Source: an uncultured virus (IMG/VR IMGVR_UViG_2568526633_000001)
Lineage: Duplodnaviria > Heunggongvirae > Uroviricota > Caudoviricetes
Length of the DNA: 64,000 bases
Virus record (IMG/VR): IMGVR_UViG_2568526633_000001
Strand: one strand, 5' to 3'
Under the pieces are notes generated by a model that was not told where the DNA came from, did no database searches, and saw only the letters and a program-made list of their open reading frames with translations. Made by a program: the position numbers and the translations under genes. Below are positions 21,648 to 31,402 of this stretch, piece by piece; position 1 is the first letter of the stretch, and the number at the start of each line of letters is the position of its first letter.

Positions 21648-22040
21648 TTCTAAAGCTCATCTGAGTACAATTTATCTTGTGGTTAATATCTATTTTGGTT
21701 TGCCGAATTCGGCATAAAAAGAACCAACGAATATATTATATCACGTTTTCAGAAAAGAATATATCGGCATTTGTGGAAAAGTATGATGCAATCGCAGATA
21801 TTTTCTTTACCCAACAACGTTCATACACGGTGCGCACCGAAACGAACGGAAGAACCAATAGAAAATTTCGAATAGCTAATTGGCAGGACTCTGCCTCAAA
21901 ATGCTAATTCTGAAAAATTCTGGCTCTATCCGTGGTTTCAGTGCGCCTTTTTCGTGTGCCCTAAAATCCGTTAGTCCAGTCTTTCTATCAGCTTCTTTCG
22001 TTCTTGTGTGAACCAACACAAAACGTAAAGGAGTTGATTT

Positions 22041-22628
22041 TTGATGAAATCAAGAAAAACGAATCAAAACAAGCGTGATTACTATGTTTACAAACACGCT
22101 GATGGGAGTTCAGTGACTTTGAACCCAGGGGAAAACGGTGTCACTGAAATGGATATTTATAACCTTCATCGTTTGGATGACCGTGAAGTCGATAATTACT
22201 ACCGCACTATCCGTCCAGACCGTACAGATGAAGAAAAAGTGAAGATGGATGCTTGGGAAAAAGAGTTTATTGAAAAATTCAAATCGAATCATGGGTATGC
22301 ACCACATCCCGAAGACGTGAAGTTTGCAGTGAAAGAAGCATTTCCGATGAATTATGCTTTGTCTCTTAATGAATTTGAACAAGAGGATAAGAATCCACTG
22401 TTGCATACGGCTAAGCTGATAACGGATCTTTCTGATGACGTTGACCCACGAGTAGGACGATTGCGTGAAGTTGTTGGGGTTCTCAATCCCTATCATCAAG
22501 AGCTATACAAGGAATTGGTAATTGACGGAAAAACTCAAACTGAAGTTGCCAAGGAACGAGGTGTCACCAAGCAGGCAATCAACAAGAGCTTTAACTACAT
22601 CAAATCACGTATTGAAGAACTTTTTTAG
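22041..22628 (+). CDS. Phage sigma-factor-like protein (sigma70 region 4 HTH)
   Basis: C-terminal YKELVIDGKTQTEVAKERGVTKQAINKS; AAGGAG RBS; first gene of the rightward arm. Confidence 0.75.
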   Translation: MMKSRKTNQNKRDYYVYKHADGSSVTLNPGENGVTEMDIYNLHRLDDREVDNYYRTIRPDRTDEEKVKMDAWEKEFIEKFKSNHGYAPHPEDVKFAVKEAFPMNYALSLNEFEQEDKNPLLHTAKLITDLSDDVDPRVGRLREVVGVLNPYHQELYKELVIDGKTQTEVAKERGVTKQAINKSFNYIKSRIEELF

Positions 22629-22638
22629 ATTTTTTGAA

Positions 22639-22674
22639 AGTTAGGGTTTACTTTTTCCGATTTTCGACGCCTGT
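22639..22674 (+). promoter_or_regulatory. Conserved 36-bp motif, copy 1
   Basis: AGTTAGGGTTTACTTTT-TCC-GATTTTCGACGCCTGT. Confidence 0.85.
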
Positions 22675-22729
22675 CATTTGTAAGGGGGTAAGCCTCATAC
22701 AAAAAATCAAATTAAGGAGGAAACGCGAA

Positions 22730-22927
22730 ATGGAATTAAAACATCGTGTTTGCATTCGTGTGACGGATGAAGATGGTAACAAGGAGACTGTGCTTCAAGG
22801 TGGTGTCCGCAACCTGCCACGTAAGTTAGTTGAGTGGTTGTTTGGCGAGAATATGGAAATTCTTGTCTTAACACCGGGACAATCCATTGAGTCGGTCGAG
22901 ATTCATGAAATCAAGAAAGGGGCGTAG
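22730..22927 (+). CDS. Phage hypothetical protein
   Basis: AAGGAGG RBS, 65 aa. Confidence 0.75.
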   Translation: MELKHRVCIRVTDEDGNKETVLQGGVRNLPRKLVEWLFGENMEILVLTPGQSIESVEIHEIKKGA

Positions 22928-22931
22928 AAAC

Positions 22932-23246
22932 ATGAGTCGAATGAAATTAGTGTTACAAGTCACCGAGGATGTACAGGCATTAGCTGATAGCCTTTGTGAG
23001 TTGGCGGAAGCGATGCAATCAGGTGAACCTGAACCAACGCAAGGCCCAAAGACTGAGCCAGAGCCTCAAGTGGAAGAGGTGAAACAACCAACACTCGAGG
23101 AAGTACGTGGCTTGTTGGCACGGAAATCCCAAGAGGGGAAATCGGCCGAAGTCAAAGCGCTCATCGAGAAGTTTGGTGCTAGTCGTTTGAGCGAGATTCA
23201 GCCTGAAAGTTATCTAGCTTTAATAGCAGAAGCGGAGGGATTGTAA
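22932..23246 (+). CDS. Conserved phage protein of the PolA replication module
   Basis: PTLEEVR...KFGASRLSEI C-terminal domain; coupled to the next gene. Confidence 0.7.
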   Translation: MSRMKLVLQVTEDVQALADSLCELAEAMQSGEPEPTQGPKTEPEPQVEEVKQPTLEEVRGLLARKSQEGKSAEVKALIEKFGASRLSEIQPESYLALIAEAEGL

Positions 23247-24388
23247 TGCCGACACAACATGCTTTGCTTTCTGCTTCGTCAAGCAACAGGTGGATTCACT
23301 GTCCGCCTAGCGTGCGACTAAGCGAGCAATTTGAAAATAAGACTAGCGACTTTGCGAGGCAGGGGACTGATGCCCATACGCTTTGTGAATACAAACTCCA
23401 TAAGTTACTGGGTGACGATGTAGAAGATCCAACCCCAAGCCTCGAGTTCTATGACGAAGAAATGGAGCAGTGCGCCGAAAGTTATGTCACCTTTGTTATG
23501 GAAGAAGTCGCGAAAGCACGACAAACGACTGCTGACCCAATCGTAATTGTTGAGCAGCGACTAGATTTCTCAAGGTTTGTTCCTGACGGCTTTGGTACGG
23601 GCGACTGCCTAGTGATTGCCGATGGAACATTATCGGTAATCGACATGAAATATGGTTTAGGGATTTTAGTCGATGCGTATCAGAACCCACAGATGATGTG
23701 TTATGCCCTCGGTGCGTTGGAGCTGTTTGACGGTATCTACGACATTCAAGAAGTCAAGATGACTATTTTTCAACCGAGACGAGAAAACGTCAGCACCTAT
23801 ACGTTATCAAAAGATGATTTGCTTCAGTGGGCCGATGAAATTCTAGTGCCAGCAGCCCAGTTAGCGTTTAAGGGCGAGGGGGAATATCAATGTGGTAAGT
23901 GGTGCGGTTTCTGCCCGGCTAAGAACAGTTGCCGTGCTCGTGCCGAACAGAATCTTGAATTGTCTAAGTACGAGTTCCAGAAACCGGAATTGCTCGAAGA
24001 TGATGAAATTGAGGAAATTCTCGAAAAGGTCGATGACTTGATTTCATGGAGCAACGACATCAAGGAATACGCGCTTCAATTAGCTCTATCTGGAAAACAG
24101 TGGGCTAACCACAAATTGGTAGAAGGACGATCAACTCGTAAGTATTCCAATGATAATGATGTAGCGGCAGCCGTCATCAAAGCAGGATATGACCCTTATG
24201 ATAAGAAGCTCCTTGGTGTAACGGCTATGACAAAAGCGCTTGGGAAAGCCAAGTTTGATGAGCTGCTGAGTGACTATATTGTCAAGCCACCTTGCAAACT
24301 CACTCTTGTTACCAATGACGATAAACGTCAAGCGGTAAAAATCAACAACGTAAACGATGAATTCAATAATTTAGCGGAGGACCAATAA
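23246..24388 (+). CDS. DUF2800 Cas4-like PD-(D/E)xK nuclease
   Basis: HALLSASS, FGTGD, IDMKYG, CGFCPAKNSC. Confidence 0.85.
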   Translation: MPTQHALLSASSSNRWIHCPPSVRLSEQFENKTSDFARQGTDAHTLCEYKLHKLLGDDVEDPTPSLEFYDEEMEQCAESYVTFVMEEVAKARQTTADPIVIVEQRLDFSRFVPDGFGTGDCLVIADGTLSVIDMKYGLGILVDAYQNPQMMCYALGALELFDGIYDIQEVKMTIFQPRRENVSTYTLSKDDLLQWADEILVPAAQLAFKGEGEYQCGKWCGFCPAKNSCRARAEQNLELSKYEFQKPELLEDDEIEEILEKVDDLISWSNDIKEYALQLALSGKQWANHKLVEGRSTRKYSNDNDVAAAVIKAGYDPYDKKLLGVTAMTKALGKAKFDELLSDYIVKPPCKLTLVTNDDKRQAVKINNVNDEFNNLAEDQ

Positions 24389-24389
24389 C

Positions 24390-24938
24390 ATGGCAAACAT
24401 TAACAAAACCAAAGTAATCACAGGTACAAATACTCGTCTTTCTTACTTCCACGGTTGGGAGCCGGTCTCAATCAATGGGGGAGCCGAGAAATACTCAACA
24501 GCTGTCTTGATCCCGAAAACCGATAAGAAAACGATTGATGCGATTGAGAAAGCTATTGATGCAGCAATTGAAGAAGGTATCGCTAAGTTTGGTGGCAAGA
24601 AGCCAAATAAGGCGGCTATCAAACTTCCACTTCGTGACGGGGATATCGAACGTGATGACGAAGCCTACAAAGGGCATTACTTTATCAACGCTAACTCAAC
24701 GACCCCACCACAAATCGTGGACCAACGTGTGCAGCCAATTCTTGAACGTTCACAGGTTTATAGCGGATGCTACGCTCGCGTATCAATTAACTTCTACGCC
24801 TTCAACTCGAATGGGAATAAAGGTGTAGCAGCAGGATTAGGCAACATTCAATTCGTCCGTGATGGCGAGCCACTTGGTGGTCAAACCTCGGCGTCAGATG
24901 AGTTTGAAACCTTGGCGGATGATGACTTCTTAGCATAA
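24390..24938 (+). CDS. DUF2815 single-stranded DNA-binding protein
   Basis: RLSY, PLRDGD, YSGCY, GLGNIQ motifs; acidic tail DDDFLA. Confidence 0.85.
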   Translation: MANINKTKVITGTNTRLSYFHGWEPVSINGGAEKYSTAVLIPKTDKKTIDAIEKAIDAAIEEGIAKFGGKKPNKAAIKLPLRDGDIERDDEAYKGHYFINANSTTPPQIVDQRVQPILERSQVYSGCYARVSINFYAFNSNGNKGVAAGLGNIQFVRDGEPLGGQTSASDEFETLADDDFLA

Positions 24939-24997
24939 GAACATTTAAGGGCGATGGGAGATATCTCCCGTCGTCTGTTTTGATTGGAGGAATTGAA

Positions 24998-26935
24998 TTG
25001 AAACATTTATCAATCGATATCGAGTCGTTTTCGAGTGCCAACATCTCAAAATGTGGTGCCTATAAATACAGCGAAAGCTCAGACTTTGAGATTTTATTAT
25101 TCGCCTATAGCGTTGATGGTCAGCCAGTTGAAGTGGTTGATTTGGCTCAGGGAGAAACGATACCAGAAGACGTCATCAAATCCTTATCGGACGAAACCGT
25201 GATTAAACACGCCTTCAATGCGAATTTTGAGCGAGTTTGCTTATCACGTTTTCTGGGACTAAACGGCTTTCTCAATCCCCGAGGTTGGCACTGCACCATG
25301 GTTTGGGCTGCGACTTTAGGATTGCCATTATCGCTTGCCGGCGTTGGCGCGGTTCTTGGTTTGGATAAGCAGAAACTATCTGAGGGAAAAGACTTAGTTC
25401 GTTACTTTTGTATGCCCTGTAATGCGACCAAGGTAAACCAAGGCAGGACTAGGAATTTGTCACGTCATTCCCTAGATAAGTGGCGAGACTTTGTTGCTTA
25501 CAACATTCGTGATGTCGAGGTGGAAGTTGCTATCCAGCAAAAGTTGTCAAATTTTCCGGTGACGCAGGAAATCTGGGAGGAGTACTGGCTGGACCAAGAA
25601 ATCAATGACCGAGGAATTGAAATCGATATGATCTTGGCTGACTCGGCTGTGAATCTTGATGAAGTATCGAAGAATGAAATCAATGAGCAGTTAAAGAAGT
25701 TGACGGGGCTTGAAAATCCTAACTCGGTTCTTCAGATGCGCTCTTGGCTTTCGCAACATGGGCTTGAAGTGGAATCACTGGGTAAAGCTGCGGTTAAAGA
25801 ATTAATTGAACAAACGAATGATGACAAGCTGAAGGAAGTCTTGCTCTTAAGGCAGCAGCTCGCCAAGTCATCCGTGCGTAAGTATCAGGCGATGCAAAAT
25901 TATGCTTGTTTAGATAATCGAGCTCGTGGACTTTTTCAATTTTATGGTGCTAACCGAACAGGACGATTTGCCGGTCGTGGCATCCAACTTCAAAACTTGC
26001 CACAGAACCACATGAGCGATTTAGCTGAGGCGCGTGAATTGGTCAGAAACGGAGAATACGAGCTATTAGCTCTTCTTTACGACAATGTCCCGGAAGTTCT
26101 CTCTGAGCTCATCAGGACAGCTTTTATCCCTAAACCAGGAATGAAGTTTATTGTGTCGGACTTTTCAGCTATTGAGGCACGAGTCATTGCGTGGTTAGCG
26201 GGTGAGAAATGGCGTAAAGAAGTATTCAGGAATGGCGGGGATATTTACTGTGCGTCAGCGTCTCAGATGTTTGGTGTGCCAGTTGAAAAGCACGGTGTGA
26301 ATGGACATTTGCGGCAAAAAGGAAAGATTGCCGAACTTGCACTTGGTTATGGTGGTTCAGTTGGCGCATTGACCGCTATGGGCGCACTCAATATGGGATT
26401 AACAGAAGATGAACTCCAACCGCTTGTGGCTTCATGGCGTGAGACGAATCCTGCGATAACCAAATTGTGGTGGGATATTGATTCGGCGGCTAAGGGTTGC
26501 GTGAGTGTTGGTGCTAAGACTGAAACTCATGGGATTACGTTTGAGTACAAATCAGGCTTTATGTTCATCCAGCTGTTGTCAGGTCGACGTTTGGCTTATG
26601 TCAAACCGCGGATTGGGCAGAACCGTTTCGGTGGTGCGGCAGTGACCTATGAAGGTGTTGGTACAACCAAGAAATGGGAACGCCTAGAAAGCTATGGACC
26701 TAAGTTTGTCGAAAACATCGTGCAAGCCATGGCGCGGGATATTTTGTGTTTTGCCATGCAGAACTTGAAGGATTATCGCATTGTCGGACACGTGCATGAT
26801 GAGGTGATTATCGAAGTCCCCAAAGAAGTAACTGTTGAAGAAGTCAATTCAATCATGTCTCAAACGCCGAATTGGGCTAAGGGATTGTTGCTCAATGCGG
26901 ACGGATACGAGTGTGATTTTTACCAAAAAGATTAG
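24998..26935 (+). CDS. Phage family A DNA polymerase
   Basis: DIE exo I, AFNANFE, RTGR, QNLP, DFSAIEAR (motif A), RQKGKIAELALGYG (B), HVHDE (C). Confidence 0.95.
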   Translation: MKHLSIDIESFSSANISKCGAYKYSESSDFEILLFAYSVDGQPVEVVDLAQGETIPEDVIKSLSDETVIKHAFNANFERVCLSRFLGLNGFLNPRGWHCTMVWAATLGLPLSLAGVGAVLGLDKQKLSEGKDLVRYFCMPCNATKVNQGRTRNLSRHSLDKWRDFVAYNIRDVEVEVAIQQKLSNFPVTQEIWEEYWLDQEINDRGIEIDMILADSAVNLDEVSKNEINEQLKKLTGLENPNSVLQMRSWLSQHGLEVESLGKAAVKELIEQTNDDKLKEVLLLRQQLAKSSVRKYQAMQNYACLDNRARGLFQFYGANRTGRFAGRGIQLQNLPQNHMSDLAEARELVRNGEYELLALLYDNVPEVLSELIRTAFIPKPGMKFIVSDFSAIEARVIAWLAGEKWRKEVFRNGGDIYCASASQMFGVPVEKHGVNGHLRQKGKIAELALGYGGSVGALTAMGALNMGLTEDELQPLVASWRETNPAITKLWWDIDSAAKGCVSVGAKTETHGITFEYKSGFMFIQLLSGRRLAYVKPRIGQNRFGGAAVTYEGVGTTKKWERLESYGPKFVENIVQAMARDILCFAMQNLKDYRIVGHVHDEVIIEVPKEVTVEEVNSIMSQTPNWAKGLLLNADGYECDFYQKD

Positions 26936-27026
26936 TCGATCAAAACGCTCATCAAAAATGTTGGTTTTCGCTCACCGAAATTGTGGAATTTGAGATGCTC
27001 CCAAATATTTTTTTGAAGTTTTTTCA

Positions 27027-27062
27027 AGTTAGGGTTTACTTTTGGCGATTTTCGACGCCTGT
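27027..27062 (+). promoter_or_regulatory. Conserved 36-bp motif, copy 2
   Basis: AGTTAGGGTTTACTTTT-GGC-GATTTTCGACGCCTGT. Confidence 0.85.
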
Positions 27063-27119
27063 AACTTAGGAAGGGTTAGAAACCCCTCCTGAAAATTCAA
27101 TTACAGGAGGCGAATAGCC

Positions 27120-27788
27120 ATGAAAGAATTAATCCCTAAAGACGAGTTTGGCATCTTTGCTGACTCGCATGACACAGCTCGAGTTGACAGTTTGTTTGTT
27201 GCTGAGTTTTTCGGAAAACTACATCAGCACGTCTTACGTGACATCCGCAAAATCACCGATGAACATTCAGGTTTAAGCCGTGAATTCGCCGAGTCCAATT
27301 TTGGACGCGGGTCTTATACGGATGCTCAAGGACAGAAACGTCCTGTGTACTTCCTTACAAGAGATGGATTCACGATGTTGGTAATGGGCTATACCGGTAA
27401 GAAGGCTATGAAGTTCAAGGAACTCTACATCAAGCGTTTCAACGAGATGGAGGCAACCATTAAGCATCTCGTGACCTTGCGCATGGAGTATCCGATTCTC
27501 ACGGAGAACATTACTTTACTCCATGACAATCCAAAGCCCCATCACTATAGCAATGAGGCTAACATGCTCAATAAAATCGTGACAGGGATGACTGCCAAGG
27601 AGTACAAGCTGAAACACGACATTCCAAAAGAGGAGTCAAGTATTCGTCCGTTTCTGACGGATAAAGAGCGTGAACAACTCGATATCCTACAACGTATCGA
27701 CACCGGGTTATTACTTTCCGTTCCTGACTATCACGAGCGTAAGCAGAAGTTGGAATGGTATTACATGAAGAAATTTAAGGAGGATTAG
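27120..27788 (+). CDS. Rha family phage regulatory protein
   Basis: SLFVAEFFGKLHQHVLRDI; LTRDGFTMLVMGYTGKKAMKFK. Confidence 0.9.
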   Translation: MKELIPKDEFGIFADSHDTARVDSLFVAEFFGKLHQHVLRDIRKITDEHSGLSREFAESNFGRGSYTDAQGQKRPVYFLTRDGFTMLVMGYTGKKAMKFKELYIKRFNEMEATIKHLVTLRMEYPILTENITLLHDNPKPHHYSNEANMLNKIVTGMTAKEYKLKHDIPKEESSIRPFLTDKEREQLDILQRIDTGLLLSVPDYHERKQKLEWYYMKKFKED

Positions 27789-27792
27789 ACCT

Positions 27793-28005
27793 ATGTTTTA
27801 TGTGAAAGAAAAAATGAGTGATGTGGCTGAATTGACCATTGAGATTACTGATGAGAACGCATTCTGTACCTGTCCGAAGTGTGGAGTTGAAGTGCAAGTG
27901 GACTTGTCGGAAGTCTTGAAAGACGGTGATTCTGATTTGTTTAGCACGGTAGTTTGCTGTGCTGACTGCAGTCGAAAGATTCAGGAGGAAGAGCTCAATG
28001 CCTAA
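27793..28005 (+). CDS. Small Zn-binding phage protein
   Basis: CPKC and CADC motifs. Confidence 0.7.
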   Translation: MFYVKEKMSDVAELTIEITDENAFCTCPKCGVEVQVDLSEVLKDGDSDLFSTVVCCADCSRKIQEEELNA

Positions 28006-28342
28006 ACGTTCTGACTATCGACCAATGGTCTATATTTGCTCCGCATTCTCGGGCGATGAGTTAGCCAACACCCAAAAGACCAAGCGTTACTGCCGTTATG
28101 CCTTAGACCACAACTGTATGCCAGTAGCTCCACATCTGATGTACCCGCAGTTCATGGATGAAACCACTGAGCGTGACCTGGCTATCCACATGGACTTAGT
28201 TCTCCTTGGGAAATGTGAGGAGGTCTGGGTAATTGGCAATCGCCTATCAAAGGGCATGGCGATTGAACTCGAACAAGCCCAGTGGTTGGGGAAGCATATC
28301 CGTTATTTTGACGAGGAGATGAAGGAGGTTTTCCATGATTAA
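27998..28342 (+). CDS. Nucleoside deoxyribosyltransferase-like (DUF4406/DUF7768-type) protein
   Basis: VYICS...APHL...CEEVWV...SKGMAIE. Confidence 0.7.
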   Translation: MPKRSDYRPMVYICSAFSGDELANTQKTKRYCRYALDHNCMPVAPHLMYPQFMDETTERDLAIHMDLVLLGKCEEVWVIGNRLSKGMAIELEQAQWLGKHIRYFDEEMKEVFHD

Positions 28343-30581
28343 TTTTGCGCTTTATACGGCTAACACAGTCGGCAACTCCAAGAATAGTGTGTTCCCAACT
28401 AAGCATATGATCACTGACAAGGCGAGTTTCCAACAAGCAGTTCAGTTTGACCACGTCACTGCGGAATACCAGAACAATTATCGCAAAGGAGACAACTTCA
28501 TCCAATCCGATGTGATTCCACTCGATTGCGACAATCACCATTCGGAGAACCCATCTGATTGGGTGACTTCCCTTGATGTGGCGATGCAGTTTCCAGATGT
28601 TGCTTTTGCGGTCAGCTACTCTCGGAATCACAACAAGGTCAAAGGAGATAAGACAGCTCGTCCAAGGTTTCACGTCTATTTCCCAATTGAGACAGTTGCA
28701 GACAAGGACGAATATGTCAATTTGAAGCAACAAATCAACGAGGCGTTTCCTTACTTTGACGACAATGCGATGGATGCAGCAAGACTGCTTTTCGGAACTT
28801 CCAACTCAGAGGTCGAAATCTACGAAGGCTCGAAACGCGTTACTGACGTGCTTTCAGAGGATTTATTTGCCGATTGGGAGAGCCGATTGTCGGAGATTGG
28901 TGAGGGTTCTCGAAATTCGACCATGAGCCACATCGCTGGCAAGCTCATCAAGCGTTATGGGGCAAAGGAAGAGACCTATCACCTCTTTCTCGAGCAAGCG
29001 GAGAAATGTAACCCGCCACTTCCTGATGAGGAGCTAAAGTCAATCTGGAACTCAGCCGTTCGCTTTGGCAAAAAAGTTAAACAGCAAGAAGGGTACATTC
29101 CGCCCGAGCAGTACAACAAAGATACCGAACTTGAACCAACCGACTACTCGGACGTGGGACAAGCAACTGTCTTGGCACGTGAATATGAGTGCAAGTTACG
29201 TTACTCACCATCAACCGACTATATCGTCTACAACGGCTCCTACTGGGAAGAATCCGCTCCAAAATCACAGGCAGTGGCTCAAGCATTGACGGAGCGACAA
29301 CTTGAGGAAGCCGAGACTGCAATTGCTAAGCAAACTCAAGAAATGGTGAAGAATGGGGCATTTGCCATTCTTGCTTCTGTTGGACCAAAGAAAGCAGTGC
29401 CGATGTTCAACAAGGAACAGGCTCATTCTTATGAATTGTTTGAGTCCGCGCAGGCTTACAAGAAATACGCAGTGAAGAGGCGTGATGACAAATACTTATC
29501 GTCAGCGCTAAAGGTCGCTCGACCAATGCTTGAAATCGAACAACGTATTCTTGATGTGAACGAGTTTCTGCTCAACACGCCATCTGCTACCTACGATTTA
29601 CGGACAGGTTACACTCAAGACCACAAGGCTGAGGACTACATCACCAAGCAGACAGAGTGTGATCCAAGTTCTAACAATGAACAGCTTTGGTTTGATGCGC
29701 TCAATACCATTTTCGTTGGTGACCAAGAGTTAATTGACTACGTCCAGATGATCGTAGGACTTGCAGCGATTGGGAAGGTTTACGTGGAGGCGCTCATCAT
29801 TTCTTATGGCGAGGGTAGAAACGGGAAGTCGACTTTCTGGAACGTAATCAGCCGTGTTCTCGGTAATTATTCAGGGAGTATCTCTGCTGATATCCTGACC
29901 AGCCAAATTCGAAGAAACGTGAAACCTGAGTTGGCGGAAGCGAAAGGCAAGCGACTACTCATTGCAGCCGAGCTTGAGGAAGGGATGCGACTCAACACGT
30001 CTAACATCAAGCAACTCTGCTCAACTGATGAAATCGCTGCTGAGAAGAAATACAAAGATCCCTTTAGATACGTCCCTACCCACACGTTGGTGCTCTATAC
30101 CAATCATCTACCCAAGGTGGGTGCCATTGACAAAGGGACGTGGAGACGGCTGATTGTGATTCCGTTCCTTGCCACGATTGAGGGTAACAAGGACGTCAAG
30201 AATTATGCAGACTATCTGTTTGAAAATGCGGGTGGGGCAGTTCTGAAATGGATACTCGAGGGCGCGAAGAGAGTGATTGCCGCTGATTACAAATTGCCAG
30301 TACCACGAGTCGTGAATGAGGCTATTGAGGAATATAAGGCGGCCAACGATTGGTTGGGGCATTTCCTAGAAGAGTGCTGTGAAACCGACTCGGAGTATGT
30401 CGAAAAAAGTGGCGAGGTTTATTCGGAGTATCGTGCCTTTTGTATGCGCACCGGTGAATACACTCGGAGCAGTGCCGATTTTTATGCAGCTATCGAAAAT
30501 GCTGGATTTGCCCGACACCGTAATAAGAAAGGGCGATATATCAAGGGGTTAAGGGTGAAATCTGAATTTCTTGATGACTAG
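28335..30581 (+). CDS. P4-family primase/SF3 helicase
   Basis: LDCD prim-pol motif, PriCT (GSRN...CNPPL), Walker A GEGRNGKST, LYTNHLP. Confidence 0.92.
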   Translation: MINFALYTANTVGNSKNSVFPTKHMITDKASFQQAVQFDHVTAEYQNNYRKGDNFIQSDVIPLDCDNHHSENPSDWVTSLDVAMQFPDVAFAVSYSRNHNKVKGDKTARPRFHVYFPIETVADKDEYVNLKQQINEAFPYFDDNAMDAARLLFGTSNSEVEIYEGSKRVTDVLSEDLFADWESRLSEIGEGSRNSTMSHIAGKLIKRYGAKEETYHLFLEQAEKCNPPLPDEELKSIWNSAVRFGKKVKQQEGYIPPEQYNKDTELEPTDYSDVGQATVLAREYECKLRYSPSTDYIVYNGSYWEESAPKSQAVAQALTERQLEEAETAIAKQTQEMVKNGAFAILASVGPKKAVPMFNKEQAHSYELFESAQAYKKYAVKRRDDKYLSSALKVARPMLEIEQRILDVNEFLLNTPSATYDLRTGYTQDHKAEDYITKQTECDPSSNNEQLWFDALNTIFVGDQELIDYVQMIVGLAAIGKVYVEALIISYGEGRNGKSTFWNVISRVLGNYSGSISADILTSQIRRNVKPELAEAKGKRLLIAAELEEGMRLNTSNIKQLCSTDEIAAEKKYKDPFRYVPTHTLVLYTNHLPKVGAIDKGTWRRLIVIPFLATIEGNKDVKNYADYLFENAGGAVLKWILEGAKRVIAADYKLPVPRVVNEAIEEYKAANDWLGHFLEECCETDSEYVEKSGEVYSEYRAFCMRTGEYTRSSADFYAAIENAGFARHRNKKGRYIKGLRVKSEFLDD

Positions 30582-30585
30582 AGAG

Positions 30586-30682
30586 GGTGACACCTATGAC
30601 ACCTACCTACATACAGTTTTCTAGAGAGTAAAAAAATTAAACCTATAGAAAGTCTATGTCAGGGGGTGTCGGTGTTGTCACC
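30586..30682. repeat. Imperfect 97-bp inverted repeat after the primase (candidate phage origin)
   Basis: GGTGACA/TGTCACC, GACACC/GGTGTC and ACATA/TATGT share one symmetry axis around an AT-rich centre. Confidence 0.7.
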
Positions 30683-30706
30683 ATCAAAGAATGGAGGTAG
30701 TTAGCC

Positions 30707-30919
30707 ATGCAATTTTTTACATGGATGAAACGGAATTATATTGATGATCCAACAGTAAAAGGGACGTTGGCTAGGAGTATGAAAGACGATAGCTTTTTCT
30801 TCCCTAAGCAACGTGGACATGACCATATCAGGAAATATCTCATTTGCAGTCAAGCGAGTGATTCTTGCTTAGAGGCATTTGAGGAATGTTGGAAGGAGTA
30901 CAAACAAAATGAAATTTAA
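30707..30919 (+). CDS. YozE-like small protein
   Basis: FFTW...GTLARSMKDDSFFFPK...FEECWKEY. Confidence 0.7.
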   Translation: MQFFTWMKRNYIDDPTVKGTLARSMKDDSFFFPKQRGHDHIRKYLICSQASDSCLEAFEECWKEYKQNEI

Positions 30920-31118
30920 GCAATGGTTGAAAATTGGCGTTGGCAAACGAAATGCCAACTTTGATGCATTCTACGACTTTGCCTCAAAGGATGTGACCTA
31001 TCCTTGGAAAAAGTCTTACGAAAAACAGCTCGCATATCTGATGAACCAGAATGTTGATGTGAGCTATCTGGAAGTTCTGCGTGATGCCTACTTTGCCTAC
31101 ATGACGGTGTGGCTATGA
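30909..31118 (+). CDS. Second YozE-like small protein
   Basis: FKQWL...DVTYP...AYFAY pattern paralleling the upstream gene. Confidence 0.5.
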   Translation: MKFKQWLKIGVGKRNANFDAFYDFASKDVTYPWKKSYEKQLAYLMNQNVDVSYLEVLRDAYFAYMTVWL

Positions 31119-31402
31119 GAGAAAAGCAAGTGGAACAGGCCCTGGTTAAGGCGGTAAAAGCAAGAGGAGGCATTTGTCCTAAGTTCGTATCCCCAGGGCT
31201 GTCGGGAGTGCCTGACAGATTGGTTCTTATGCCAAATGGGAAAATAGCCTTTGTCGAAGTGAAGGCTCCAAAGAAGAAACCAAGAGCCTTACAGCTTTAT
31301 CGAATGAAACAGCTGACGGATTTGGGGTTCAAGTGCTTTGTGTTGGATGAGGTTGAACAAATACCCGCATTGATTGGAGAGATTGGAGGTGGCGATGCAT
31401 GA
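31115..31402 (+). CDS. VRR-NUC nuclease
   Basis: GVPDRL...FVEVKAP...RALQ. Confidence 0.9.
   Translation: MREKQVEQALVKAVKARGGICPKFVSPGLSGVPDRLVLMPNGKIAFVEVKAPKKKPRALQLYRMKQLTDLGFKCFVLDEVEQIPALIGEIGGGDA

Noticed and set aside
21677..21907. 76-aa ORF in the divergent control region
   Set aside because: No clear RBS or motif and it overlaps the leader hairpin; not supportable as a CDS
23246..24388. CRISPR-associated cas4
   Set aside because: Cas4-like fold but embedded in the SSB/PolA replication module; an ordinary phage nuclease
26946..26984. CGCTCAxCxAAATxGT-like repeat pair before motif copy 2
   Set aside because: Only two short degenerate copies; too weak to call
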